From positions 20,026,001 to 20,090,000 of the forward strand of contig CM052830.1 in the NCBI GenBank assembly GCA_028534125.1: DNA of 64,000 bases, written 5' to 3'. This document shows positions 36,455-49,370 of this stretch, piece after piece; the first letter of the stretch is position 1, and each line of letters opens with the position of its first letter. The position numbers were made by a program, and so were the translations under genes. The DNA is from Lama glama (Eukaryota). The notes beneath the pieces are model-generated. The model ran no database searches and was not told the DNA's origin. It worked only from the letters and a program-made list of their open reading frames with translations.

Positions 36455-37310
36455 AAGCCGTCTATGCCAGACATTAAATCCAGAAGCCATAAAGTGAAAA
36501 TTTGATAAATCCGACTACATAAACACGTAAAAACATCTGTACAGCAAAAGACACTATAAACAAAGTTAGAAAGCAAGTGAGATGCTGGAAGAGAATATCA
36601 CTAATATGCAAAGAGCCCCTACAAATCAATAAGTAAAAAAGACAAAAGAAGAGAAAAATTGGCAGTGAATTAGAAATCCACAGAGGGAAAACTAAATTGG
36701 CCAATAAACATATGAAAAGATGTTCTGTCTCACTAGCAATCAGGGAAATGCAAATGAAAACAACACGATACTATCTTTTTGCCCATCAGACTGGGAAAAA
36801 TTTAAATGATTGGTAGCAACCAGTGCTGGCAAGGATGTGGGGAAATGAACACTCATGAACCATCGGAGGGAAGGGGAATTGGCTCAAAGTTTGTAAGGGT
36901 AATTTTGCAATATCGAATAACGTTTTAAACCCACACACCCTACAACCTAGTAATCCCACTTCCAGGCGCTTCTACAGAAATGATAGCACAGGCACTCACA
37001 TATAAATATTCAAGGATGCTCATAGCAGCATTGCTGGTGAGAGTAAAAAGGAAATGGCTTAAATGTTTATCAATAAGGGAATGTTTAAACAAAACACAGC
37101 ACATCCATAGTATGGAACACTCTGCAGCCACTCAACAGAAGGCAGCACATCTATGTATAACAATATGAAAAAAAATCTAGCTGTACAATGCTATTTCAGA
37201 ATGAGCCATTTTTATAAACAGCAGTTTGCTGGTTTATGCCCCAAAAGGCTGGAGGACAATATTTAGACGGTACAGTGATTGCCTCCTAGGAGGAAGATGA
37301 GGGGCTTTCA
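36455..37310 (+). mobile_element. L1ME-type ORF2 end / 3' UTR fragment
   Basis: aatccagaagccataaag...ggccaataaacatatgaaaagatgttc...cagggaaatgcaaatgaaaacaac...ctagtaatcccacttccagg...caaggatgctcatagcagcattg. Confidence 0.92.
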
Positions 37311-37481
37311 TGGACTAAAGTTTGTGGAAAGAATGAGTGGGTTATCACAGCACTCAGCCAGGCGCACCTTCGTAAGGCAGCAGGGTGGAGCAGAAAGAGC
37401 GTGGGGGACTGAGTCACCTAGCTTCCCATCCTAGGGCAGTCCGACAGGTCACATTAACCACGTCACCTGGGAATTGATTAA

Positions 37482-37676
37482 AGCGGGAGTTCCTAACAGG
37501 GGTCCCCGGGAGGGGGGGGAACTTAGGAGGTCTGTGAGCACTGCAGCTGCACAAACCTAGATGTGAGTGTGAACACACGGTTCGGGGAGGGGGAGTGTGC
37601 CTGTTTCAGGTATAGAGCCATGGCTTTCATCAGATTCCCCAAGGGGCCCACAGACCAAAAAGAATCAGAACCATCA
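37482..37676. mobile_element. hAT-Charlie fragment (Charlie4z-like)
   Basis: ccatggctttcatcagattccccaaggggcccacagaccaaaaagaatcagaaccat terminus. Confidence 0.65.
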
Positions 37677-40169
37677 AGCAGGAACGGAGCAAGTCTTGTC
37701 CCCCAGAGGAAAGCGGTCCCAGGGGCTGGACATCTGCACGCACATCCGTGGTTGGTGTTGGCGGGCAGGGGCCAGGACAGGTTCTGCAGCTCCAGGCCCC
37801 AACCAGGACCCCTGCAAGAGTCTCAAGGAGTAGATGCTGGCTCTGAGCAAGGACAAGAGCTGTCCAAGATGAGCGGGGCTGCCTGGGGAGGAGGCTGGAC
37901 GGGGCAGAGGTCAGAGTCGGTGAGTGTCAGCCCTGAGTCTCATTCTCGGACTCTCTGGGCCTCAGTATCCCCATCTTACACCCCAGGGCTATACAAGGTG
38001 GACCCTGGGAGCCTGTTCTGAGTGGGTGAAAGGAAGGGCCGTGCAGGGGTGAGGCTCAGACTACAGGGCTGTATCCAGTCCTGCATTTGGATACAGTTCT
38101 CCCACCTGGTGGTGGCCTGAGTCCCTCTTCCCTCCCGGGAAGGGGACAGGCTGCCCGGGCTACCCCACACTGCCAACTGGGCCTGCAGAGCCCAAGCCCT
38201 TCTTGGGTATCACCATCTCCCACATGACAGGGACCTCAGAGAGGACTGGAGTGAGAGGTTTCACAGCAAGCCTGGACTGGGGCCAAGGGAGCCCAGGGGC
38301 TAGACAGAAGCACTGAATAGTGCTGGCAGCCAGGCCAGGGCATATGAGCTCAGTGGAGCCCCCGGACTCTCTCTGACCCCTCCAGGGGCCTCTCTCAGCC
38401 TGGCTTGGAGAAACTGAGGCACAGGGGGTAGCCCTCTGTGCTGGGTCACGCAGGGAGCTGGTGGCAGATCTGGGCCAGGATCCCAGGCCTCCTGCTGCTG
38501 GCTGGGCTTGCTCTGGGCACAAATGTGCCTCACCGCCCTCAGGTGACTTGGTGCCCACCTCAGCACCCCAATCCTGCCAGAAAGAGGCAGTGGACACTGG
38601 GTATCTAACACACTGATTCAAATGCAGGCCTGAGTGTCCCCCTGAATCCAAATACCACTAGCTTCAGTTTCTTGCTATTTAAAACAGAGGTATAAAAACT
38701 GCCCTCTTCCTCCTGTTGGAAGAATTGGAAGAGCACGGATGTACAGTCAGCTTAGAGCAGAACCGGGGCCCTTTCCATTCCCCCATCTCTGGACCCCAGT
38801 TTCCCCATCTCTAAACAGGAAGGTTGCTCTGAGGGATTTCCCAGGCCCGCGGAGCCTCTGACGTTTCCCGGGAAAACTGCCTGGGTGCCCAGCCCGTGCC
38901 TGTGTCTATGGGGAGACAGGCTGTGGGGACAGAGGCAGGGCCTGCCCTCAAGTCGCTCCCCACCAGCTGGCAGATGAAAAGGAGCAAAGGCCGCCTAGCA
39001 GAGCTGCGTGTGAAAGCGCCTGTGGCAGGGCTCACAAGCTGTGCCTCACACGGCCAGACTCCGCCTCCCCCTGCTGCTGCACACCCAGCCTGCCCTGCTC
39101 ATCACCTGCCTGCCCTCTGTAGGCACTAGGTGTGTACCCCTGCTCCAGAGGCCACAAGGAGCTTGAAAACACAAAACCCAGTGTGAAGCTGGGTAGTGAT
39201 CAAGGAAGGCTTCCTAGAGGAGGCAGGACAAAGAAGGCCAAGTTCACACAGGGGGCCTTGAACACACAGATGAGGAATTCAGATAAGCCAATTTGGCATG
39301 GGCCCCCTTGCCCTGGGCAGAGATGCCTGACCCCACCCTAGGCTGGCCTCAAAGCTGTTTCCCCGGTAGAGGGTTTGAGGCTGGGGGGGGGGGTGGCACT
39401 TGGGTGCAAGGCCCCCTCCACCCCTCCTCCAAAGCCAAGGACTGTGACTCTGTCCCAGAGAAATCAGTCCTGGTCAGTGATGCCCAGCAGTCGCTGAGGC
39501 CTCACTGCAAACAGCTTTGCCGCTGGTGAGTGCCGTCTGGCCAGGGAGGACTCCCTGACAGATTAAGAGCGATGCCGGCCCCAGACTCATTCATATTCTG
39601 GTCTGGCTGCTGGCTTCAATATGGCTGAGAGACACAAGGGCAGAGGCGGCCCTCCGAGAATGCCCAGCGATGATTCCTCTCCGATTCCAATTTATTTTCT
39701 ATCATTAATGCTTTTGAAAAGCCCCACACACTCTGCAAACAGGGAAGGAGCACAGGGCTCGAGAGGGGAGGAGTGGAGAGGGCTGGGGGCCGAGGGGGGA
39801 GCAGCAGAGGTGGTACAGGCAGTCAGGGAGGGGCCCTGAGACCTGGGTTCAAGTCCACACCCCATCTCACCTGCCTGCAGAAGCCTGGGGCAAGCCTGGC
39901 CTACACCTGGCAGTGAGGAATGTCCTCCTGCTCTGTTCACCTTAGGAGATGTTTCCAAGGTCTATATACTGTAAAGGGTTGTACACCTTGAGGAACCAAG
40001 AACGAAGCAAGCTTTATTGACCATGGCTACAGAGGAGGCCTGTGGACTGGATGCCAGCCACCCCAGCTATACCAGGGGACCCCCACCCCATGGTCCAGGG
40101 AAGGCCTGGATTGCCTCTCACCACAGCACAAGCAGGATTTGGGTCCCCTGTCCCCTGCCTTGTCTGTCT

Positions 40170-40870
40170 CAAGCTCACACTGCTAGCCTCCCTTCCCCCA
40201 CAGGTTCATCAGGACCAGCCTCCCAGGCAGCATCCCTCCCACTCTGTGGAGCCAAAGGGATCATTCCCACATGTCCTTTGCTCAGAACCCTCCCAGGACT
40301 CCCCATTACCCTAGGGACCGAGTGCAAACTCGCCACCCCCATGCAAAGCTCTCCCAGGCAACTCAGGCCCACCTGGGCAGCCTCACCTCCTCCCTGGCTT
40401 GACCCCACCCTCAGCTCCAGCGCTGACCACCCCTGGTCTTTGCACATGTTACTTCCTGTCTGGAATTTCCTCCTCCCTGGCCCTGGTTCACCTGTCAAAT
40501 TCCTACCCCCTCTTCAAGGTGCAGCCCAAGTTCTCCTCTGTGCAGCACTTCCCGACTCCCTGGCCCCCCCTGCTCTGCACTCCTAAGTATCCAGTACCCA
40601 CCTGTGTTACAACTCAGAAATACGGTGATTATGTCTGGGTGGCGGCTCCCCTCCCCTCAGCAAGCTCTCGTGGCCAGGGGCTGCGTCTGATTCATCCCGT
40701 GCATTCCAGTGCTTGGCAAAGTGCCCGGCTCACAATAGAGCTACTGATCCAGTCAACTGAGCACCTACTATGTGTCAGGGTCTGTACTGGGGATGCAGCA
40801 GCAAAGAGAGAGCTGAGCTTTACCCTCCAGTTCCTTCCAGTGGATGTACTCAGGGAATGTCTGCTTAATG
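40170..40870 (+). mobile_element. L2 3' region with a short opposite-strand L2 tail at ~40745-40810
   Basis: cctttgctcagaaccctcccaggactccccatt...ggtctttgcacatgttacttcctgtctggaat...tcctaccccctcttcaaggtgcagc...gtgcccggctcacaatagagc. Confidence 0.82.
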
Positions 40871-42031
40871 AATGGACATTCGACCACCTTGTCAGTGGGG
40901 AAACTGGAGCTCAGAGAGGCAAAATGCCCTGTCCCAGGGTCTTCTGCCTCCCTGTCCACACCTCTTTCTACTCCATTTCTCTCCCAGAACCTTAGCAGCA
41001 GTGAGGAGGAACTCAAAACGAAAGGTTAGAGTCAAAAAAAAAAAAAAGGAAGAAGAAAATGTGGTGGATTTCCCCTCCTTTCTCCATAATGTAAAGAAAA
41101 TTGCTTTTGCCAACTATCGCAGCTTAAAAGCAATTAGAGTTTTTGGAGGGGACTCTGGGCACGAGCAGAAGAGACAGAGTAAGCGCCCAGCACAGAATTT
41201 CTCCAGCATTCGTTTGTATGAAGCAAAAGGAAAAAAAAGGTGTTAAAAGCAGCAATTTCCAGCAGCAGAGATGGTGGAAATAAAATATTTACAGCCTCCA
41301 AGGGAGGGGCCTGGGAGGGGCCAGAGACCCCCACTCCTACTCCACATTCCCAGAGGCAAGAAAAGGGAAGGCAGAGAATGGGAGACAAGGAAAGACGAGC
41401 CACCCCCTACACCCCTACTTGCACCTGCGGGGCTAGGACAAGGAGGGGAGAAGCCCCGGATGACCCTGCTCTCTCCATGGTCCACCAGCCATGGCCCAGG
41501 GCCACTAGCCAGCCCCCAGCCACCAGAGATCCATCCTGCCAGTCCTCAGACCTGGCTCTGCTCAAACTCCGGAGAACATCCACCACCAGAAGCTGGCACT
41601 GGAGGCCTGCACAGCCCGGGCCCCTCTCCAGCCTCATCCTGGACGCTCCCCACATGGTGCGCCGCCCTGACTGTTTTCCAAGGAGCCTTGCTCAGTCCCA
41701 CCTCCAGGCCTGAGCCTGAGAAGGGACAATACAGAGTGTGCACCCATCCTCTCAGGGGGAGGTAAGGCAGGTTTGAGGGCGCAGACCCTTAAATGACAGA
41801 GCCAAGGACACAAGTCTCTAGGCTATATGCTAGACTTCCAACCAGGCCTCTTCCACTGAACCACCCCTTCCCCACCTGCACCCCGCACCTGACCCTTGGC
41901 CTCCTCTCTATAAATACAGAGCAGACACCAGCAGTATCTTCCTGAAACCTAACTCCCTCCTTCCTAGCTGCAGTAGAGACCTCCCCTCTGTCTGTCACAC
42001 AGAAGACATTGCCTCCATTAGAAGGAGATGC

Positions 42032-42235
42032 TCCCAGGTTCAAATGCCAGCTCCTCCACTCACTAGCTGTGTGACCTTTGCAAGTCCCTCAATCTCTCTA
42101 AGCCTCAGTTCCCTCATCTGTTAAGTTGGAATAGTAATAGTACATATCTCATGGGGTTGTTTTTAGGATTAACTGAGGTAAGGTATGTAAAGCACCTGGC
42201 ACTGTGACTAACACTTAGCAGGTGTTCAATAAATT
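42032..42235 (+). mobile_element. MIR SINE, well preserved
   Basis: ggttcaaatgccagctcctccactcactagctgtgtgacctttgcaagtc...gcctcagttccctcatctg...gtaaagcacctggcac...gtgttcaataaa. Confidence 0.93.
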
Positions 42236-44904
42236 CACCTCTGCCCAACTTCACACTCAGTCCTCAAGTGTGCCTCTCCAGGCCTCCAGATGCCCACACA
42301 CGTGCACACAGGCTCCCACACCACCTTGCCGTCGCCTGATTAATGCACAGAAGGCACGCACCAGCTGGGGCAGAGGGTGCAGGAGGTGTCGAGGGGTTCT
42401 GCACACACTTGGAGGGCCTATCCCCACACACAGTGCCAGGGAGCCTCTCACTTTGCTTGGCTTAGGAAGGATTCCTCTAGGAACAGCAGCAGGCCTCAGC
42501 CAGAACCCTGAGAACCTCCCAGGTCAGGTGGAGGACGGAACTGGAAGCACACCCATTCTCTCCAGCCTGCGGCTGCAGCCCAGCCCTCAGCCATCCTCTC
42601 AGCCTCACCGGACAAAGGCAAACACCCAGGCCCAGGGAACGACAGTTAGCGGCAGAGCCGACAGCAGAAACGAAGTCTCGAAGACAGTGTTGTCCAGCAA
42701 AGTCAGGTAGTTCCGGCCTCAGATCCCAGTCCCACCACCGACCAGCTGGGTGACCTCTCTGAGCCTCAGTTTCCTCACCTGTAAAATGGAGTCCATAACG
42801 CCCCCCCTTGCAGGGCAGTAACGTGTGCTAACAAAGGTAGCGCTCTTCCAGTGCCCTGCAGAGTCTCCAGCACACAGTCAGCATGGGAGCAGAAGCTGGT
42901 TCTGTCCCACCTGCCCCCTGGACTCCAGGCACAGTGCCCTTCCTCCCCTGCAGCACTGGGAGGGCAGAGGAAAGGCCTGGGGGTGGGAGCAACAAGGACC
43001 TGCTGATGTCCTGTGATCCCTTCCAGCCCACTGCCCACCCAGCAAGGGGCTGAAGAACCAGCCAACAGATGGGCCAACAGCCGTGGCCAGTCCTCCCTGC
43101 CCTACTCTGAGAGCAGAAGAGGCCCATTCGCCGCATCACTTTGCCCAGCAGAGGCAGTGACATGCCCCAGGTCACACAGCCCTCCCTGAGCCACTCGGTG
43201 GAGGATGGGGTGTTTTCCTGTCCTTCCCTGAATGCCCAGCTGCGAAGAACACACAGACTTGACAGAGGGCCTGGCGGTGCAGTGCGGCTGTAGACCAGGG
43301 ATCAGAAGGTGCTTTGGTGTTTCTGTCTCTTGCTTTCCCTCTGGCCACCTTCCTCCCAGGGGCCTCTACTGCCCACTGCCCCTACCCTAGTCCTCAAGAA
43401 ATAAACCCAACAGTAAGCATGGCACTAATCAGGGCTCTCTTCATTGTGAGGGCAGAGATGGGAGCATAGAAGCACAGTCCCAGCCCCAGGTGGCTGAGCC
43501 TCAGGACACCCCATTGAGGCCTCCTCCTCCACCTGCACACCCATTCTCTCCACTGGTAGGTAATTAGATGTGTGTGTGTGTGCACGCACAACCACACAGA
43601 TACACAGACAGAAGGGCAGGTCCTAAGAACCTGGTACCCGCCCCCGGGATGACTGACAGCCTTTTCCCAGCTAGGCCCGCCTCTGCCTCTTTGCACTTCG
43701 GGGAGCACTGGTCTCTCCGAACCACAAGTCCACATGACCCAGGAGGAGGGGATCCTGGGACTGAGAAGCCAGACACCTGACTTACTGCTGAGGCTCTGTA
43801 ATGCTTTTTCACTGTGAAACCCAAGATGGGGTTGCCCACTCCCTGTGCCTCCATTTCCCTATTTGAAACATAAAAGGAAAATGAGGTCATCTCTGAGGCT
43901 GCTTTCTAGTTCCAACATTCTCCAACTCCATGCCCATGACCTCGATGACCCTCACAGAGTCAGGAGGTGTTCCCAAGTCACCAAGGGCACTAAGGGCAGA
44001 ATGAAGAGTCCCAAGTATGTATGAGTGCCAGGGGGCAGGGTCACCCTAAGGAGACAAGGAAGCCCAGGGAGACCTGTGCCTGCCCTAGGCTGGCAGAGGA
44101 CACCTGTCCTCCCTCCCCCGGGAGGAGACTGGGCACGTGCAGGAAAGCCAAGGATGGCTCCTCGGTGCGGCTGGAGGCAGCCACAGCCCCCACCTCCTTT
44201 CTGCACATGCCCCAGGAGCGCTCCCCTCTGTGCCCCACTTCACATCTCTGTTCTGAGGCTACAGGGGATTCAGCCCAGCCGAGAACTTAGGCTCAGCCCC
44301 AAGTTCCCCCACACACAGCCCCAGTTCCCCCAGATCCCCAGCTGTCCAGGCTAGGATCCTAAGTCCTCCCTCCAGGCAGCCCTCCCCTTGCCTTCCCCAC
44401 TGCCCTCCAAGGGGGTTGGTGAGGGGCAGCCCTGCTCCTTGAGCCAGCAGAGGCTCCCGGGCCCTGCATGGCCAGAGCCTGATAACAGTCTCCTAAATTA
44501 AACAATAAACAAGAAATTGCTTTAGATTTTCCTGACACTGCAGTTCCTGATTAATCCCTGTAGCAAACAAAAAGAAAAGATACAGTTATCTGAAAAGGAT
44601 ATTTCCAGGTGGAAGCTATAGCCTGAGCCAGAGGAATCAGCCCCCTAGAGGGGGATCCTGCTTCAGCCACCTGCCCAGCTCCAGACCACTCACCTCCTCC
44701 CCCTGCCCTCACTGTCTCTGCCCACCCTGGGCTGACACCTGTAGGGGTCAGATCCCACCTCTCCTCTCCTACCTCTCTCTGCTATGTGCTCTTGGACAGG
44801 CCAGGTCACCTCTCAGGCCTGTCTCCTCATCTCTCAAGCATTCTCACCTCTCAAAGATAAAATGAAATATGTGACCACTTGAGGTTAGACGAATTTTCTT
44901 GTAT

Positions 44905-45111
44905 TTTTTAGAAATGGATGCTGAAATACTTAGGGGTGAAATGTCACGGTGTCTATAATTTACTTTAAACTACTTCAGAAAAAAAAAGATAAAGCAAAAT
45001 GTCAACAATTGTTAAACCTAGGTGAGCGAATATATGGGAGTCTCCTGTACTATTCTATCTTTCTGTATGTTTGAAAATGTTCCTAACAAAAAGTTTAAAA
45101 AAAAAAAAAAA
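44905..45111 (+). mobile_element. L1ME-type extreme 3' end with poly(A)
   Basis: gctgaaatacttaggggtgaaatgtc...tgtactattctatctttctgtatgtttgaaaatgttcctaacaaaaagttt followed by a run of A. Confidence 0.88.
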
Positions 45112-46269
45112 GCTTCAGTCACATGAGCCAGAGCCTCACAAATAATGCTGCCTGCTCCTGGCGAGCCGGAAAGGCAGCTGGGTCTCTTAAGTAGGTTAAA
45201 CATACCCCCCTGCCATCTCCTTTATGTGGTTTCCCTAGAAATCGCTTTTTCACAAATTCCACTGAGTCCAAGCCCCACTTTTAGAAGCCTCAGCACATTC
45301 AAAAGCAAGACACAGTGCTTCAGTGAAGCAACTGTTGTCTTCTGACTGACCACCCCACTCCTGCCCACTATCTCCGTGTCCTTTCTGCAAAGCAGCCCTG
45401 GGCTAGAGGTCATGATGCTGACTCCATCCTCACGTGGCCTCTCTGAGCCTCAGAATGCCCCTGCCCATTAGGCAGAAATGAAGACAAGTCAGTGACTGCC
45501 TGGCCATCTCATTCAAAGGTACAGTGTTACCCCACAAAGAGACTGAAATCCCCATTTAACAGATGGGAAAGCTGAGACCCAGGCCAGGAGAGACTAGAAG
45601 GGGAACAGGGAAGGTAGGAACAGAGGGAGGCAGGAGTGAGCAAAAGCTCCCTGTGTGCCCCCTCCCTCTCCGCCTCATCCCTCTACGCCAACCCTGGCAG
45701 CATGAATCAGAGAGGGTGGCTGGCACCTCCTTTTCTCTGGTTCCTATTTATCCTATTTATCGAGCTTCCTGGTCAGGAATAAATGGCCATGATCGCAATC
45801 TCCCAGCCAGGCCCAGCTGACCCACACCAGCATTGGCCAGGCCTGCCTCCGCTGATCGATAACGGAAGAGTTATCAGTACCCCAGATAATCAATCGCTAA
45901 TTGCTGAATGCCATGCAATTCATCGGGGAGAGTTATGTGTGGCCTGTGACTAGGCGCCCCCCCCCCAGCCTGGCAGAGCCTGCAGGGGCAGGGAAGGCCA
46001 TCTGTGGTGAGCACCTCAGCAGAAAAGCCACCCATAACTCGGAGCTTCTCAAACAGATGTCCTGGGCCTAGCCGGCCTCCCCAGGCCCAAGGGGAGAAAG
46101 AAGTGGCAGTGGCCACTGAGGCCCTGGTCAGCCCATCTGGCCCCAAGTCCCTGGATGGGCCAGGTACCCAGGATGGATAAGCCAAGTCCCTGCCACCAAG
46201 GCATTCCCAGGCCATGAAGAGAGACCAACTGCCACACATCAAGGGCCTTGCACACGATAGGCCTCACAT

Positions 46270-46690
46270 ACAGCAGCTGCACAGTGAACATTTGCTAAAT
46301 GTGAAGCAGACACACTGGTTTCAGAGTTCTCAGGAAGGAGCGGCTACTCCCAGTAAGGGTGACCGGGGGGAGGGGTTAAACACGCATTTAGGCTCAGTGT
46401 TGAAAGTGTGTGCAACCTATGGGCAAAGCTGGAGGAAGGAATCAGGCAAAGGGAACAGCAAAACGAAACCTGGAGGAAGGAAAGCCACCATGTGTGTGAA
46501 GGGGAGACTAAGTGGCATCTGGCTGGAGGCAGGGTGCAGAGAGGAATACGGAGGGACATGGCTGGGGCAGAGGGTCAGACTGTGCAAGACATGAGGGGTT
46601 TGGATGCCAGTCTGAGGGAATGGGGAGCCCTTGAAGGGTGCTGAGTAGGGGCATGACAACCAGCATGTGCTTGTAAAGATGATTAAATGC
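46270..46690 (-). mobile_element. L2 fragment
   Basis: ggcaaagggaacagcaaaacgaaacctggagg...ggctggaggcagggtgc...tggggagcccttgaagggtgctgagtaggggcatgaca. Confidence 0.78.
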
Positions 46691-47359
46691 CATGGAGTCC
46701 ACAGTTACTGCCAGGTTGCCTGCCCCAAGAGGGCGAGGGCTGGTCTTATTCATCTCTGTCCCCATAGCAGCTGGCACAGCCGGGCCCAGGAAGCACCCAA
46801 CAAGTGAATCACTGAATGACTACAGGACCATCAGATGTAGGACTGGGGACTCCTGGACTCACAGCTGTGGAAGATGATGTTTGTATAAAAACATATATTT
46901 ATAGTAGAATCTCAAACACAGCTTTGTGAGGCAGGCAGGGAGAGAATTATCTCCAATTTACAAAAAAGGAGGCAGAGGCTGAAAGATGGACAGACAGAGA
47001 CCTGGCCAAGGTCACACATCTGGTCAGTGGCGAGCCCAGTGCTCTCCCCAACCTGCCCAAAAAGAAGGCTGAGCCAGGCTTGCCTTGGATGGCCATGGCT
47101 TCCCGAGAGGTAAAGGCCCACCCCTCCTCACTCCCTGGCACCCCCGCCCCTACCCTGTGCTGGGCAGACAGAGAAATGCAGCAAATGCTGCCTGGCTGAG
47201 CATCCCCCATACCAATCCCAGCTGGGATTGGCTGCTTGTCGCCATGGCAGCCTGTCCCTGCACCTGTAATGGAGACAGGGCTAGGCAGGGAATCTCTAGA
47301 ATCCCCAAGCTTGGTCTAGACAGACCTCGCTGAAGACAGACCCACTCCCTCCAAAGTTT

Positions 47360-47895
47360 GGGAAGCATATTGATGGAACAAGAGTCCTGGACCAGGAGTC
47401 CAGAGACAGGGCCAAGCTCAACTCACTGCGTGACTCTGAAGAATCACTTCCAAGTTTCCTCATCTGTGAAATGGGACAGTGCTCTCTGCCTCCTCTCCAG
47501 AACTACCATGAGGACTAAATGAGGGAGGGAGTATAAAAACTAATGGAAATTTATTCAGCAAATTTTGCCCTGGGAAATAATAATAATAAGGCTCCTTTCT
47601 ACTTCAGCCTGGAGACTGAAACTCCAACAGGACTCACTTCCCTCTCCCAGCAGAGAGCAAAGTACAAGCTAACATTTATTGAGATTCAGTGTATCAGGCT
47701 AGTACACACTTACACATATCATCTCAAAGTATGCTAATGACACCCCTACAAGGTAGGTCGCATTCTCTCCTAATAGATGAGGAAACTGAGGCTCAGAAAA
47801 GTGAACTGACTTGCCCGAGCTCATTCAGCTCAGAAGTGGCTAAGTCTGAATTCAAACTCAGTTCCAGATGGCATCCAAGCCCAGGTCCTTCAGAT
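47360..47895. mobile_element. Tail-to-tail MIR pair (+ 47360-47545, - 47665-47895)
   Basis: agtttcctcatctgtgaaatggg on +; gctaacatttattgag...atagatgaggaaactgaggctcagaaaagtgaactgacttgcccgag on -. Confidence 0.88.
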
Positions 47896-49039
47896 CACAC
47901 CAGGCTGATTCAAGGGGCCCATTCCCACACCCCAAAATCTCAGAGCTACAGAATTAGTGCTCAGGGTAAGGCCGCATGTTACACACGTATACTCCACTGA
48001 GGCCTGAGCCCCTGACATCAGATGTGTCGTGCCACCCCATGGCCTGTGGACCAGTAGGGCCATCAGAGCTGAGTGTGGAATGCGGGTGGGGGTGGCTAGC
48101 CCAGCTGGCCTTGAGCTAATTGGATCAGTGCTGGGCATGGAGCCGCCTGTCCAGCTGCCCTGGCAGATGGGTGCTAGAACTGGGCCACCTGCCAAGTCCC
48201 AACCTCCATGTCCAAACCGACCTGGACACCGAGGTTCCATTTTGGCCTCCTCCTGCCTTGACCCTGGTGGCTGGCAGTGCCCACACAGATCCAGAAGGCC
48301 AGGGTGGCAGCTGCTATCCCTCCTTCAGCGCCTGGCACCTCCCCTGATGTGGCCATATGGCCCAATATGCTCCCTGACAGCTGGACTGCTGAAGCAACTG
48401 CCTGAGGACATCCTCTGCAAAGGCCCTGAGGCCTGGGCCACCCCACTCACCCCTGCCCAGCAGGCCACAGGTGCAGCCGGGAAAATCCCAGACTGGAATG
48501 TCCTGCTCTCAACTTGTTTTATGAACTTGTGCAAGTCACAGCCCCTCTCTGGGCCTCAAACTCCCTCTGTCAAATAGCAATGCTGACCACCCCTCTGCCC
48601 CTTCCCTTTGTATCCCACTTCCAAGGTCACTAACTTCCACCCAAACTCATTCCAGGTCTCCAGGGAGACAAATAAGCTTACTCATTTTACAGACATAGAA
48701 ACTGAGGCCCAAGGGACCTCGGGGACTTGCTCAAGTGCACACAGTGGGAGGGCCAGTACTAAAGGCAGTATTTTATGACTTCAAGAAGCCTGCCACCTCT
48801 GTGGGCCCAGGTGGTGGGAATGGTGATACTGAGGCCCTGCCCTACTCTGATGACCTATATCACCCCACCTGACTCCCCACCCAGCCCAAATCTCTCCGTC
48901 CTCCATCAGGAGGGGATCTATGTACAGCCCCTTGGCCATCCTGGTGAAGGCTTGCAAGGCGCCTGTCCCTGATGTTGCCCTCACCACCAGCCTGGGTTCC
49001 CACAGCAGCCTCAGGACTGCCTCCCTGCCTCTGGCTCTC

Positions 49040-49370
49040 CTGGCCAACCCCTCCCACTACCGCCAGAGGGAGCGGTTTAAATTGCAAATCTGATCGCGTC
49101 CCTCCAGAACTTCAACCCTACAACCCCTGAATACGAAATCAGCCCACACTCCTCAGTCGGGCACTCAAGATCCTCCTCCGTCTTGTGCCAGCCTGCTCCA
49201 TGCCTGCTGCCCCGCGTGAACTACTCCACCGCAAACACGTTCCACCCGTGCCTGGCGCCTCCCGCCTCTGTGCCTTTGCTGACACTGTGCCATCTGCCTG
49301 GAAAGCCCTCACGCAGTCACATTCTCCATTCACTTATTCAACATATTTACTGAGCATCTACCAAGTACCA
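49040..49370 (+). mobile_element. L2 fragment
   Basis: gccagagggagcggtttaaattgcaaatctgatc...gcctttgctgacactgtgccatctgcctggaaagccct. Confidence 0.75.

Noticed and set aside
42032-42070. tRNA B-box-like GGTTCAAAT motifs (also ~14051, ~39847)
   Set aside because: These are tRNA-derived MIR heads without a cloverleaf.
44694-44738. 45-nt minus-strand micro-exon (CTACAG|...GAG|GTGAGT)
   Set aside because: The donor is good but the acceptor lacks a polypyrimidine tract; likely a chance pairing.
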